64,000 nucleotides of DNA from Nitrospinota bacterium (GCA_942491805.1 CALOCG010000039.1:28-64027); one strand, 5' to 3'; counted from the stretch's first letter, positions 8,056 through 17,249 are shown. Notes: generated by a model from the sequence alone, not told the origin. Made by a program: numbers and translations.

Positions 8056-8696
8056 CCCTTTTCGTCGGCGCCCTCCTCGTCTCCTATCTCATCGGCTCCA
8101 TTCCGACCGCCCTTCTGGTCGGCTACGCCAAGGGGGGGGGCGATCTTCGCACCCAAGGAAGCGGCAACGCCGGCGCCACCAACGTCTATCGGGTCTACGG
8201 CATGAAGCCGTATCTCTTCACCCTCGGCGTCGATTCGCTGAAAGGATTCGCCGCAGTCGCCGTCGTCGCCCCCATCGGCTACGGCGTCGTCACCGACCAA
8301 CGAACCGCTCTCGCTTGCGGCGCCTCGGCCATCGTCGGCCATATCTGGACCATCTTCGCCCGGTTCAAAGGAGGCAAGGGCGTTGCGACGGCGGCAGGCG
8401 TGTTTTTGGGGCTTGCGCCGTTAGCCACCGGATGCGCTGTCGCGGTCTATCTGCTGGTGACGCTGACCACCCGCTACGTCTCGCTCGGCTCCATGACCGC
8501 CGCGGCGACTGCGCCGGGAGTATTGTTGGCCGAGAAGACGCTCGGCCAACGAGAGGTGACGCCGGAATTGCTGACCGCCTCCGTCGCCGTAGCCGGGCTA
8601 ATACTCTTCACCCACCGGGCCAACATCGGACGGCTCTTCCGTGGCGAAGAGGCGAAGACCGATTTCTTGAAGCGGAAGAAAAAAGAAGGGGCTTGA
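8052..8696 (+). CDS. plsY: glycerol-3-phosphate acyltransferase PlsY
   Basis: 'GSGNAGATNVYR' and 'FKGGKGVATAAGV' PlsY motifs, multi-pass membrane protein. ATGA overlap with the upstream gene. Confidence 0.9.
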   Translation: MTLFVGALLVSYLIGSIPTALLVGYAKGGGDLRTQGSGNAGATNVYRVYGMKPYLFTLGVDSLKGFAAVAVVAPIGYGVVTDQRTALACGASAIVGHIWTIFARFKGGKGVATAAGVFLGLAPLATGCAVAVYLLVTLTTRYVSLGSMTAAATAPGVLLAEKTLGQREVTPELLTASVAVAGLILFTHRANIGRLFRGEEAKTDFLKRKKKEGA

Positions 8697-9017
8697 CCCT
8701 TCCACTCTTTTATCGGAAAGAGACGGGAATCTTCCAACGCCGCAGTTCGGCGACCGATCCCGGCAAGGTGATCGGCGTTTGACGCGAAAGCCGAAAGCGA
8801 CCGCCGCACCAGCGTCCCACCGCCCGGCCTACGGCCCGATCAGATGTCCCCTCCATCGCCGGTCATCACCACCTCGCCGCCGCTCTCTTTATCAACTTGC
8901 CGGGGGCGCCAAGTGCCCCCGGAACGGACGCCATGTCAACTTACCGGGGGTGCGAAGTGGGGCGATTCTTCTTGAGTGCCGGCAGGCGAGTGGCCCCCGC
9001 CTCGCGGCGTCCCACGC

Positions 9018-9233
9018 CTAGTGGCGTTCGATTTTGAAACCGACGTCCATCACCACCTGCCATTCCACCACACGGCCACTCTTCTCGTCGATCCGGCCCC
9101 GTTGTTCCTTCACCTCGAACCAGTTCAGCCCCTTCAACGAATGGTGCGCGTCGTCCAGCGCGTTTTGGACCGCCTCATCGTGGCTTTTGTCCGACGTTCC
9201 CGCCAATCGGATGACCTTGTACGTCTTGCTCAT
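9018..9233 (-). CDS. dodecin family flavin-binding protein
   Basis: 'MSKTYKVIRLAGTSDKSHDEAVQNALDDAHHSLKGLNWFEVKEQRG...VVMDVGFKIE' matches dodecins as I recall them. Start trimmed to the ATG at 9233 within track ORF 9018..9311. Confidence 0.8.
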   Translation of the reverse strand: MSKTYKVIRLAGTSDKSHDEAVQNALDDAHHSLKGLNWFEVKEQRGRIDEKSGRVVEWQVVMDVGFKIERH

Positions 9234-9325
9234 AACGAATCCTTTCGGTCGATGGTTCACTTCGATTGTACCCCTGTGGGTCGGGTTGCGGTAGCCTATA
9301 TGAAACAACAACAGGGAACGGACCC

Positions 9326-9661
9326 ATGACCCCGCTCGATCTGGCCAAAGGCTATATGGACGCCCTCTTCGGCGAACCCGACCTCGACCGACTGGCGACC
9401 CTCCTCCACCCCGACCTGACCTTCACCGGTCCCCTCGTCACCTTCGACAGCGCCGACGAATACCTCGACGCCTTGCGAACCGATCCCCCCCACGGCTGGC
9501 GGTACGACATCATCGACACCTTCGGCGGCGACCAGACCGCCTGCCTTATTTGTCATTTCGCCAAACCGGGACTCGCCACCCCCATGACGCTGCACGTCAC
9601 CATGCGGGACGGGAAAATCTGCGGCATTCTTCTCATCTTCGATACCGGATTATTTAAATGA
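9326..9661 (+). CDS. NTF2/SnoaL-like fold protein
   Basis: About 111 aa. 'AKGYMDALFGEPDLDRLATLLHPDLTF' is typical of the N-terminus of SnoaL-like proteins. ATGA overlap with the next gene. Confidence 0.55.
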   Translation: MTPLDLAKGYMDALFGEPDLDRLATLLHPDLTFTGPLVTFDSADEYLDALRTDPPHGWRYDIIDTFGGDQTACLICHFAKPGLATPMTLHVTMRDGKICGILLIFDTGLFK

Positions 9662-10875
9662 GCCAACCGATCCCCCCGTTACGCCCCCTGGAAGCCTTCC
9701 CCGGCGACGAAGAAGGGGGGAGCTTCGTCCTCATCGACCCGACCGGCGTGGCGCCCGCAGGAGTCACCCTGTCGCCCGCCGCCTTCGCGCTGGTCGGGTT
9801 GCGCGCCCTTTCCGACGACCCGGTAGGGATCGCCCATCTCTACGAAGAACGGTTCGGCGCCACGCTCGACGAGAGCGACATCATCACCCTCTTCGATCAA
9901 CTCGACCGGGCGTTGCTTCTCGACTCCCCCCGGTTCGCCGAACGTCTGGCCGAGCGGCGCAAAGCCTTCGACGCCCAACCGACCCGCCCCGCCACACTGG
10001 CCGGAGAGTGTTACCCCGAAGAGCCGGGCGCCCTCACCGCCTTTCTCGATCGACTGCTGGAGAACGCCCCCTCCCCCGCCGACGGGCGTACCACCTTCGT
10101 CGCCGTAGCCCCTCACATCGACATGCGAGCCGGGGGAATGTCGATGGCCTCCTCCTGGAAGTCGATCCCCGACGCCGCCCCGGAGCTGATCGTGATCCTC
10201 GCCACCGGCCATCGGTTGGCCGACGATTTTTTCGCCTGCATCGACAAACCGTACGCAACCCCTCTCGGCCTCATGCCGACCGACCGGGCCTTTCTCGACA
10301 CGTTGGCGACCCGGTTCGGCGAACCCCTTTTCGGCGAAACGATGGCCCACGCCGACGAACATGCGGTCGAGTTCCCGGCCCTCTTCTTCGCCCATCTCTT
10401 CGCCGACCGACCCAACGTCGCCGCCGTGCCGATCCTCCTTTCGTTCCCCGAAGAGGCGTGGGGGCTTGATCATCCCCGGTTTAACGGCGCCCGGATCGAC
10501 CGGTTCGTCACCGCTTTGCGGGAGACCATCGAAACCTGCGGCAAACGGGTGGCGGTGGTGGCCAGCGTCGATTTCTGCCACGTCGGGGGGCGGTTCGGCG
10601 ACGAACCCCCTCTCGACGACGGTTGGCTGAATCGCCTAGAAGCCGACGACCGGGAGGTGGCGGCGACCGTCGCTTCGGGGGATCGAACTGCTTTTATGGA
10701 GGTTATCAGGCGCACCAACCCCACCAACCGCCTCTGCGGATTCCCCCCCCTTTACGTGGCCCTCGGGCTGGCCGACCGGTTGCGGGGGGAACTGCTCACC
10801 TATCAACAAAACGTCGAGGGGGAGAACGAGGCGGTGGTCGGTTTTGCGGCGATGCGGCTTTGGAAAGAAGATTGA
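9658..10875 (+). CDS. MEMO1 / AmmeMemoRadiSam system protein B family protein with about 110-aa N-terminal extension
   Basis: Memo-type motifs 'VAVAPHIDMRAGG', 'ILATGH', 'EHAVEF' and 'VASVDFCHVG'. Confidence 0.75.
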   Translation: MSQPIPPLRPLEAFPGDEEGGSFVLIDPTGVAPAGVTLSPAAFALVGLRALSDDPVGIAHLYEERFGATLDESDIITLFDQLDRALLLDSPRFAERLAERRKAFDAQPTRPATLAGECYPEEPGALTAFLDRLLENAPSPADGRTTFVAVAPHIDMRAGGMSMASSWKSIPDAAPELIVILATGHRLADDFFACIDKPYATPLGLMPTDRAFLDTLATRFGEPLFGETMAHADEHAVEFPALFFAHLFADRPNVAAVPILLSFPEEAWGLDHPRFNGARIDRFVTALRETIETCGKRVAVVASVDFCHVGGRFGDEPPLDDGWLNRLEADDREVAATVASGDRTAFMEVIRRTNPTNRLCGFPPLYVALGLADRLRGELLTYQQNVEGENEAVVGFAAMRLWKED

Positions 10876-10938
10876 ATCAAGAGCGTCGAGCGAGTATTCT
10901 TCTAAGTTGACAAAACATCTATCAAAGATTGAAGCGCT

Positions 10939-11682
10939 ATGCCTGAAGAGAAAATCGACGGTATCTATTTCGAGCAGAAACAGATCGCCGCAGGAACCAT
11001 GGGAACCGCACGCACCCACGACGCCGCCCATGAGCTTCATTACTGGGCCAAATCGACTTCCGGCGGAGAGGTCGTCCTCTACTACCTAAAGCCGGACGGA
11101 ACGGCCACGGCGCTGGAGATGGAGCGGATGCCCCGCGCCGATTTCGAAGCCCGGTTCCAAGCGACGCCGAAAGATCGGTTTGTCGCGCCGACCGTCGAAG
11201 ACAAGAAAAAGGCCGACGCGGCCAAAAAAGTGGCGGTGGCCGAACAGCATCTTGAAAAGAAAGAGTTCCACGCCGCCGCGTTCGAGTTCGGCCAGGCGGT
11301 GAAGCAGGACGACTCGAACCTGAAAGCCCATCTGGGCAAGGGTAAAGCCCACATGGAGCTGGGGGATATCGACAAGGCGAAAGAGTCGTTCGAGAAACTG
11401 GCGACTATCGACGCCATCTACGATTCGGAGAACAAACATCTGTTCAACGAATACGGCATCGAACTGCGCAAAGGGCAGATGTACGAACTGGCGTTGCAGA
11501 ACTACCAAAAAGCTATCGACATCGACCCGCAAGATCCGGCGTTGCATTTCAACATGGCGCGGGCCTACTACGCCGACGGGAACAAAGCCGAAGCGATCGC
11601 CTGCCTTAAAAAAGCGCTTACTCTCGACCCGGCCTTCGAAGAGGCGAAGATGCTGGCCGCCGCCATCAACCGGGAGCAGTAA
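10939..11682 (+). CDS. TPR repeat protein
   Basis: C-terminal half has TPR-like repeats (for example 'AHLGKGKAHMELGDIDKAKESFEKLATIDA' and 'ALHFNMARAYYADGNKAEAIACLKKALTLDP'). Confidence 0.7.
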   Translation: MPEEKIDGIYFEQKQIAAGTMGTARTHDAAHELHYWAKSTSGGEVVLYYLKPDGTATALEMERMPRADFEARFQATPKDRFVAPTVEDKKKADAAKKVAVAEQHLEKKEFHAAAFEFGQAVKQDDSNLKAHLGKGKAHMELGDIDKAKESFEKLATIDAIYDSENKHLFNEYGIELRKGQMYELALQNYQKAIDIDPQDPALHFNMARAYYADGNKAEAIACLKKALTLDPAFEEAKMLAAAINREQ

Positions 11683-11697
11683 GCCCCCTCTTCACAC

Positions 11698-11730
11698 AAA
11701 AAGCCCGCCCCCCAAGGGGGACGGGCTTTC
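11698..11730 (-). terminator. GC-rich hairpin terminator after cheY (possibly bidirectional with the TPR gene)
   Basis: AGCCCG-CCCCC..GGGGG-CGGGCT stem. The T5 run is on the minus-strand side and only T3 on the plus side. It lies between two convergent stops. Confidence 0.65.
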
Positions 11731-11744
11731 GTCGTTAATGAGGT

Positions 11745-12128
11745 CTACTTCAAGACTTTTTTCAGTTTGTCTTCCAGCACCCCGGCGGTGAACGGTTTGA
11801 CGACGTAGTCGTTGACCCCGGCCTGCGCGGCGGCGATGATGTTGTCCTTCAGCGCCTCGGCGGTGACCATGATCACCGGCGTCCCTTTGGTGTTCGGATC
11901 GGCCCTGAGAGCTTTGAGAAACTCCAACCCCGACATCTGCGGCATGTTCCAGTCGAGAAGGATAACGTCATATTGGTTCTGCTGGACTTTCGGCAGAGCC
12001 GTCGCGCCGTCATCGGCCTCATCGACGTTTTTGATCCCCAACTGGCCGAGGATGTTCTTTTCGATCTTCCGCATAGTGGCGAAATCGTCAACCACAAGGA
12101 CTCTGAGGTTCGGATCGAGGTCAGCCAT
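11745..12128 (-). CDS. cheY: chemotaxis response regulator CheY
   Basis: 127 aa. 'VLVVDDFATMRKI...DWNMPQMSGLEFLKALRAD...PVIMVTAEALKDNIIAAAQAGVNDYVVKPFTA' is close to E. coli CheY as I recall it. Start trimmed to the ATG at 12128. Confidence 0.88.
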   Translation of the reverse strand: MADLDPNLRVLVVDDFATMRKIEKNILGQLGIKNVDEADDGATALPKVQQNQYDVILLDWNMPQMSGLEFLKALRADPNTKGTPVIMVTAEALKDNIIAAAQAGVNDYVVKPFTAGVLEDKLKKVLK

Positions 12129-12369
12129 AGAAATTACGTTCCGCCGGAAAAGATGTAGATAAATAGGTGGAAATAATTCTATTCCTCCCCACCCCTCCCT
12201 GTCAATAAATATTGCGCGAGCGGGTGCTGTTTTGTGACGAGCGGACGGAGGCGCGACGAAAGACAACCGTTGTGAGTGCGTAGGAGAGTTCCGTCGCAAG
12301 GCTACCGAGGCGCAGACGCCGGACTCTTCGCGAGCGACGTGAGGAGCCTCGCCGCCACGCGTCGTGGTG

Positions 12370-12455
12370 TGGTACCGGAGGTCGGACTCGAACCGACACA
12401 TGGTTGCCCATACAAGATTTTGAGTCTCGCGCGTCTACCATTCCGCCACTCCGGC
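12370..12455 (-). tRNA. tRNA-Leu (anticodon CAA)
   Basis: Reverse complement reads GCCGGAG-TG-GCGGAATGGTAGACGC...CTCAAAA (anticodon loop)...long variable arm...GTCGGTTCGAGTCCGAC-CTCCGGT-A-CCA. Class II cloverleaf with encoded CCA. Confidence 0.9.
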
Positions 12456-12483
12456 GCGGTCGCTATTGTACAACAGACTCGCC

Positions 12484-14079
12484 TCAGACGGGCGATCTAT
12501 CCTGATAAACTTTATAAGAAATGTTCGGAAAAAGATTGTGCCGCCCCTCCAGCCCCGAAAGGAACGATTCGTCCACCTCCCCCCCCACGATCTGGTCGTA
12601 GAGCGCGCCGAAATATTCGAGATGATCCGCCGTCCGTTTTCGAGCGTAGGGCGCCATGGTATCGGTCTTCATGATAAACGCCCAGTCCGACGACTGCGCC
12701 AAGAGCAACTCGCGGGCCGCTTGATTCAGCGCCCGACGCGTCAGATCGCTATGGTCGTAGTCGCCGTCGGCCAGCCCTACCATCCGGTCCGCCGCCTTGT
12801 GGAGATGGCGATAGATCCAATCGTTGCTCTCGTCGAGCCAGACTTCCGAAAACCCTTTATGCCCCCACGACGACGACGACGGCGAAGCCACCTGGTTGAC
12901 CGGATAGAGCCGCAGATATTCCAACGGCGTGATCGCCTCGATGGCATGATCGTTTTGCGCCACCTTGCGGAAGACGAAGTTTAAGAATTCCGGCCCCTCA
13001 TACCACCAGTGGCCGAACAGCTCCGCATCGTAGGGAGAGACGATCAACGGACGCCGTCCCAACAACGGCGCCGCCCGGTCGATAGCCGCCATCCGTTTCG
13101 CAACGAAATCGTCGGCGTGGATCGCCGCCCGTCGAATCGCCTCCGACGGGGAGTAGATCTCCTTGTCCGCTTCGCCCGAGGTGATCCGGTGATACTTGAC
13201 CCCGGTCATCTTCCGGTCGCCATTCTCCTGAACGTAGGGGCGGATGTAGTCGAGATCGAGATCGAACCCGATGTCCCGATAGAAATCGCGATAGGCGGGG
13301 TCGCCCGGATAGCCATCTTTCGTCGACCAGACCTGACGGCTCGACTCGAGGTCCCGCCCGAAAGCCGCCACCCCGTTTTTCGTATAGAGCGGCGCGTAGA
13401 CCCCGTGCCGGGGTCGAGGGTCGGCGTGCAATACCCCGTGGGCGTCGGTGAAGAAAAAGAGAATCCCCTCGTCCTTTAAGAAATTCTCGAACCCCGGCTG
13501 ATACCCGCATTCCGGCAGCCAGATACCTCGCGGACGACACCCGAACGTTTTCTCATAATGGTCGCACGCCACCGAAACCTGCGCCCGCACCGCCCGTTCG
13601 TTCACCGACAACAGCGGCAGATAGCCGTGGGTCGCCGCCGACGTGATGATCTCCAACGATCCTTCCCGTTGGAACCGCCCAAACGCTCCGACGAGGTCGA
13701 GAGCGTATTCGTCGACGAACAGCCGTTTGGCCGAAGAGAATCGCCAATGGTACATCCGGGCCAGTTCGTTGAGCGCCGGCGACGACGAGGTCCGGTCGAT
13801 CTCCTTTTCCGCCAGCTCCGAGAGGCCCGAAAGATGCCGCAGGTAACGCTCCTGCAAGAGGGGATCGGCCAACATCGAGATCAGCGTCGGCGTCATGGTC
13901 AACGTCAGGCGGAACGGGACACCATCTTTTTTCAACCCTTCGAAAACCGTCAGTAGCGGGAGATAGGTTTCGGTGATCGCTTCGAAAAGCCAATCCTCTT
14001 CGAGATAACTCTCCCGCTCCGGATGACGAACGAACGGCAGATGGGCGTGCAGGGTAAGCGCCAGGTAACCTTTGGCCAT
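12484..14079 (-). CDS. glycoside hydrolase family 57 (1,4-alpha-glucan branching enzyme type)
   Basis: 'MAKGYLALTLHAHLPFVRHPE...' is a GH57 N-terminus. Also 'GIWLPECGY' and 'ELFGHWWYEGPEFL' motifs. 531 aa. Confidence 0.88.
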   Translation of the reverse strand: MAKGYLALTLHAHLPFVRHPERESYLEEDWLFEAITETYLPLLTVFEGLKKDGVPFRLTLTMTPTLISMLADPLLQERYLRHLSGLSELAEKEIDRTSSSPALNELARMYHWRFSSAKRLFVDEYALDLVGAFGRFQREGSLEIITSAATHGYLPLLSVNERAVRAQVSVACDHYEKTFGCRPRGIWLPECGYQPGFENFLKDEGILFFFTDAHGVLHADPRPRHGVYAPLYTKNGVAAFGRDLESSRQVWSTKDGYPGDPAYRDFYRDIGFDLDLDYIRPYVQENGDRKMTGVKYHRITSGEADKEIYSPSEAIRRAAIHADDFVAKRMAAIDRAAPLLGRRPLIVSPYDAELFGHWWYEGPEFLNFVFRKVAQNDHAIEAITPLEYLRLYPVNQVASPSSSSWGHKGFSEVWLDESNDWIYRHLHKAADRMVGLADGDYDHSDLTRRALNQAARELLLAQSSDWAFIMKTDTMAPYARKRTADHLEYFGALYDQIVGGEVDESFLSGLEGRHNLFPNISYKVYQDRSPV

Positions 14080-14105
14080 GGAGGTATTTCCTTCCCGCGC
14101 CCGCG

Positions 14106-15869
14106 TCAGCCTCGTTCCCCTTTACCCAAGACGATCCGCTCTCGCTCCTTGTCCAAGCGGTTCTCACGTCGGGTGACCCGGGTGACGGCGGGAGATATCT
14201 CGCGGGTCTCCACTTTGTCGGCCGAGGTGGCGAAGACCGGGATGTCTATCACCCCGTCGGGGAGATGGAACCGAGCCGAGAATGTCCCGTCGGGGCGAAG
14301 CTGGATCGTTTTCCCCTGCAACGTCACCGACGCGTCGGGCGCCGTCCCGCCGTAGACGATCAGCTCGCAATCGAGCCAGAAGAAAAAGCCCCGGTCACGT
14401 TTTTGCGCCATCTCTTCCGACGAACCGAAACTCGACACCCCGCCCGACGATCCGATACCGACGAACGCTTCGCTGGCGCCCATGCCGAAGCCGCCGCTTC
14501 CCGAACTGCCGTCGAACCCTTCGCCGACCGACAAACCGTAAAGCTCTTGGAAGAGTTCGTCCGGCGCGGCCCATTCGACGTCGGCGTTCTCCGACGGCGC
14601 CAGCCGAGGGGTCCGCACCCGGTTCGAGAAGACCAGAGGGGAGAACCGCCCCCCCTTGTCCCGCAAACCGATGGCCGCCACATACTCGGCGTCGGGGCTC
14701 TCCACATCGACATAGCGACCACCGATGGCCGGGTCGATCGGATATTCGAAAATCGCACGAGCGTTGTCGCCCGAAAATTCGACGCCGGTCACTTCATAGA
14801 CCCGCAACACCCACGAGACCTCCGACCAGTCGACCCCCAACGAAGCCCGAGCCGATTCCACCGCTTCGCCGGTCAACTCCCAATAGACATGGAGCGTGAA
14901 CGGATCGCGCACGAGAGCGACGATTCGGTTGTCGCCATATCGTTCGGCAAACTCGGTCGAGGCCGACAGAGCCGACGCTTCCGGCTCCACCAACCGCGAC
15001 TCGTCGGCGAGGTAGAACTTCTCGCCGTCGATTTTGATTTCCCAATCACGCTTCCCGGCGGCGCGCGTCACCTTCCGCCCCGAGCGGGGGGTCGCCTTCT
15101 CCGGCGGCTCGAACGAAAGGACCGACCGAGGCGTCTCAATCGACTCCGACTTCACCACCGCCGAAGCTTTCGCCGGAGCGGGCGCCCCCTTTGCGGCAGG
15201 CTCAGTAGCGACCGGCTTGGCGACAACCGGTTTGGCCGGTGCGGCCACTTTCTTCGCGGCAGGCTTGGTCGAAGGCGTCGCCTTCTTCGCGGCAGGTTTC
15301 GCCGCGACCGGCTTGGCCGGCGCGACCGTCTTCTTCGAGACGGGCTTAGTAACGACCGGCTTCGCCGGTGCGGCCACTTTTTTTGCGGCAGGCTTCTTGG
15401 CCACCGGCTTGGCGACGGCTTTCTTGGCGACCGGCTTGGCGACGGCTTTCTTGGCGACCGGCTTGGCGACGGCTTTCTTGGCGACCGGCTTGGCGGCGGC
15501 TTTCGCCGGGGTGGTCGTTTTCTTTGCGGCAGGTTGAGCGACGGTTTTGACGACGACTTTTTTCTTCTCGACCATGGTTGCGGCAGAGCCTTTCGTGACC
15601 GTGGTCGTTTTGGTGACCGCAGTCTTTTTAGCAGAGGACGTTTTGGGGGCGACCGGTTTGGCGATGGCCTTCTTGGCGACCGGTTTGGCCACGGCTTTCT
15701 TGGCGACCGGCTTGGCGGCGGCTTTCTTGGGCACCGGCTTGGCGACGGCTTTCTTGGCGACCGGCTTGGCGACGGCTTTCTTGGCCACCGGCTTGGCGAC
15801 GGCTTTCTTGGCGATTGGTTTGGTGGTGGCTTTCTTCGCCGATTTCTTCGCCTTCTCGTCTTTTTTCAT
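14106..15869 (-). CDS. DUF4912 domain protein with about 240-aa Lys/Ala/Pro-rich (histone H1/AlgP-like) N-terminal repeat region
   Basis: N-terminus has many AKKAVAKPV repeats. Middle 'ERYGDNRIVALVRDPFTLHVYWEL' is the DUF4912 signature, usually found beside GH57 genes. Confidence 0.8.
   Translation of the reverse strand: MKKDEKAKKSAKKATTKPIAKKAVAKPVAKKAVAKPVAKKAVAKPVPKKAAAKPVAKKAVAKPVAKKAIAKPVAPKTSSAKKTAVTKTTTVTKGSAATMVEKKKVVVKTVAQPAAKKTTTPAKAAAKPVAKKAVAKPVAKKAVAKPVAKKAVAKPVAKKPAAKKVAAPAKPVVTKPVSKKTVAPAKPVAAKPAAKKATPSTKPAAKKVAAPAKPVVAKPVATEPAAKGAPAPAKASAVVKSESIETPRSVLSFEPPEKATPRSGRKVTRAAGKRDWEIKIDGEKFYLADESRLVEPEASALSASTEFAERYGDNRIVALVRDPFTLHVYWELTGEAVESARASLGVDWSEVSWVLRVYEVTGVEFSGDNARAIFEYPIDPAIGGRYVDVESPDAEYVAAIGLRDKGGRFSPLVFSNRVRTPRLAPSENADVEWAAPDELFQELYGLSVGEGFDGSSGSGGFGMGASEAFVGIGSSGGVSSFGSSEEMAQKRDRGFFFWLDCELIVYGGTAPDASVTLQGKTIQLRPDGTFSARFHLPDGVIDIPVFATSADKVETREISPAVTRVTRRENRLDKERERIVLGKGERG
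15395..15835 (-). repeat. in-frame 27-bp tandem coding repeats (two blocks) encoding AKKAVAKPV
   Basis: The unit CGGCTTGGCGACGGCTTTCTTGGCGAC recurs about 4 times (15395-15510) and about 7 times (15655-15835) inside the DUF4912 gene. The period is a multiple of 3. Confidence 0.85.
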
Positions 15870-16047
15870 TGCGCGCTTTCCGTCAGGTCTATCAATTGAT
15901 TCTTTTGTCGCCCGTATCTACTACAAGAGGGGCGCCATACTGATGGGACACCGTCCCCTTTGTATTCGTTGCGCATACAAAGGGGCCGCTCGACGGGAGG
16001 GATGAGATGGGGAGGAGGTGCGACAGACGCATCATAATGTGGGGAAA

Positions 16048-16653
16048 TCACTCCACACTTTTAACGATGGCGGGCCACAGTTTCTCGACCTGTCGCAGGG
16101 TCGTCTCGGGTGTCCCACTATTGTCGATAACGAAATCGGCCAGCTCCCGTTTCCGATCATCGCCCCATTGGGCGGCGAAGCGACCACGGACCTCCTCTTC
16201 GGTGATCCGGTCACGGGCCATCCCGCGCTGGATGCGAAGATCGATCGGAGCGGTGACCAGTATGGTGGCCGTCATATCTTTATACCAACCCCCTTCGAAG
16301 AGGAGAGCGCCGTCGATGACCACCGTCGCCATCGGGTCGGCGGCGAAGAATCGCTCGGCTTGACGCATCGCTTCGATCCGCATCAACGGGTGAAGAGTCG
16401 TTTCGAGGAGCCGCCGTTTCTCCGGGTCGGCGAAAATAATCTTTCCCATGGCTTGCCGATCAAGCCCCCCGTCAGGAGTGAGGATCGCTTCGCCGAAAAG
16501 TCTCCGCAACGAATCGATGGCGCCGCCGCCGGGGGAAGAGAGCGTGCGCGAGACGTCGTCGAGATCGATCACCCGCCCCCCTCGTCGTTCGATGGCCGAC
16601 GCCACCAACGTTTTGCCCGATGCGTATCCGCCGGTCAGTCCGATCAGGCGCAT
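16048..16653 (-). CDS. coaE: dephospho-CoA kinase
   Basis: 'MRLIGLTGGYASGKTLVA' P-loop start, 201 aa. Start trimmed to the ATG at 16653 within track ORF 16048..16761. Confidence 0.88.
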   Translation of the reverse strand: MRLIGLTGGYASGKTLVASAIERRGGRVIDLDDVSRTLSSPGGGAIDSLRRLFGEAILTPDGGLDRQAMGKIIFADPEKRRLLETTLHPLMRIEAMRQAERFFAADPMATVVIDGALLFEGGWYKDMTATILVTAPIDLRIQRGMARDRITEEEVRGRFAAQWGDDRKRELADFVIDNSGTPETTLRQVEKLWPAIVKSVE

Positions 16654-17249
16654 GGGGTCTCCCCCTCCGGGTGGACGCCGAATCGACGCAACGCATCGGT
16701 CACCACCTCCATCGGCAGACCGATGATGTTGCTGCGCGATCCGTCGAAACCGGCGATCCATGCCGCCGCCCCCCCTTGGATGGCGTAGGCGCCGGCTTTG
16801 TCCATCGGCTCGCCGGTGGCGACGTAGGCGGCGATGGCCTCTTCGGGCACCGGATGAAAACGGACCTCGGACCCTTCCACATGAACAAACCGGGTCCCTT
16901 TTTGTTTGTGTATCAGCGCAAGGCCGGTGTAGACCGTGTGCGTGGCGCCGGAGAGACGGGCCAACATGTTCCGGGCGTCCCGTTCGTCAACCGGTTTGCC
17001 GATCACCTCCCCGTCGAGCACGACGATAGTATCGGCGGCGAGTATCGGACGATCGGGATGGGCCGTCGCCACCACCTCCGCCTTTCGCTCGGCCACGAGA
17101 GCGGCGTTTTTTTTCGGCGAAAGGGTCGGATCGAAGGTCTCGTCGGCGTCGGAGGGGATGATGTCGAAACGATATCCGGCTTCGGCCAACAAGTCTTTCC
17201 GGCGCGGCGAGCCGGAGGCGAGCGCTAAAGAAAAAGCTGCTTTGGTCAC
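16644..17249 (-). CDS. maf: Maf-like nucleoside triphosphate pyrophosphatase (septum formation protein Maf)
   Basis: 'LASGSPRRKDLLAEAGYRFDIIPSDADE' and 'GAYAIQG' Maf motifs. Overlaps the coaE start by 10 nt. Confidence 0.88.
   Translation of the reverse strand: MTKAAFSLALASGSPRRKDLLAEAGYRFDIIPSDADETFDPTLSPKKNAALVAERKAEVVATAHPDRPILAADTIVVLDGEVIGKPVDERDARNMLARLSGATHTVYTGLALIHKQKGTRFVHVEGSEVRFHPVPEEAIAAYVATGEPMDKAGAYAIQGGAAAWIAGFDGSRSNIIGLPMEVVTDALRRFGVHPEGETPCA

Noticed and set aside
8697-9017. A 320-bp gene-free stretch after plsY with an 8-bp GC hairpin (CCGGGGGC-N7-GCCCCCGG near 8899-8921) and a loose direct repeat (TCAACTTGCCGGGGG / TCAACTTACCGGGGG), considered as an sRNA or a relative of the 103-bp repeat
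   Set aside because: Only short, rearranged matches to the 103-bp unit are present. There is no T tract for a terminator and no promoter-like element I can support. It is left unassigned rather than called.
15395-15835. The 27-bp tandem repeats as a non-coding minisatellite
   Set aside because: The period is a multiple of 3 and the repeats are in frame with the DUF4912 gene, encoding AKKAVAKPV. They are therefore annotated as coding repeats.
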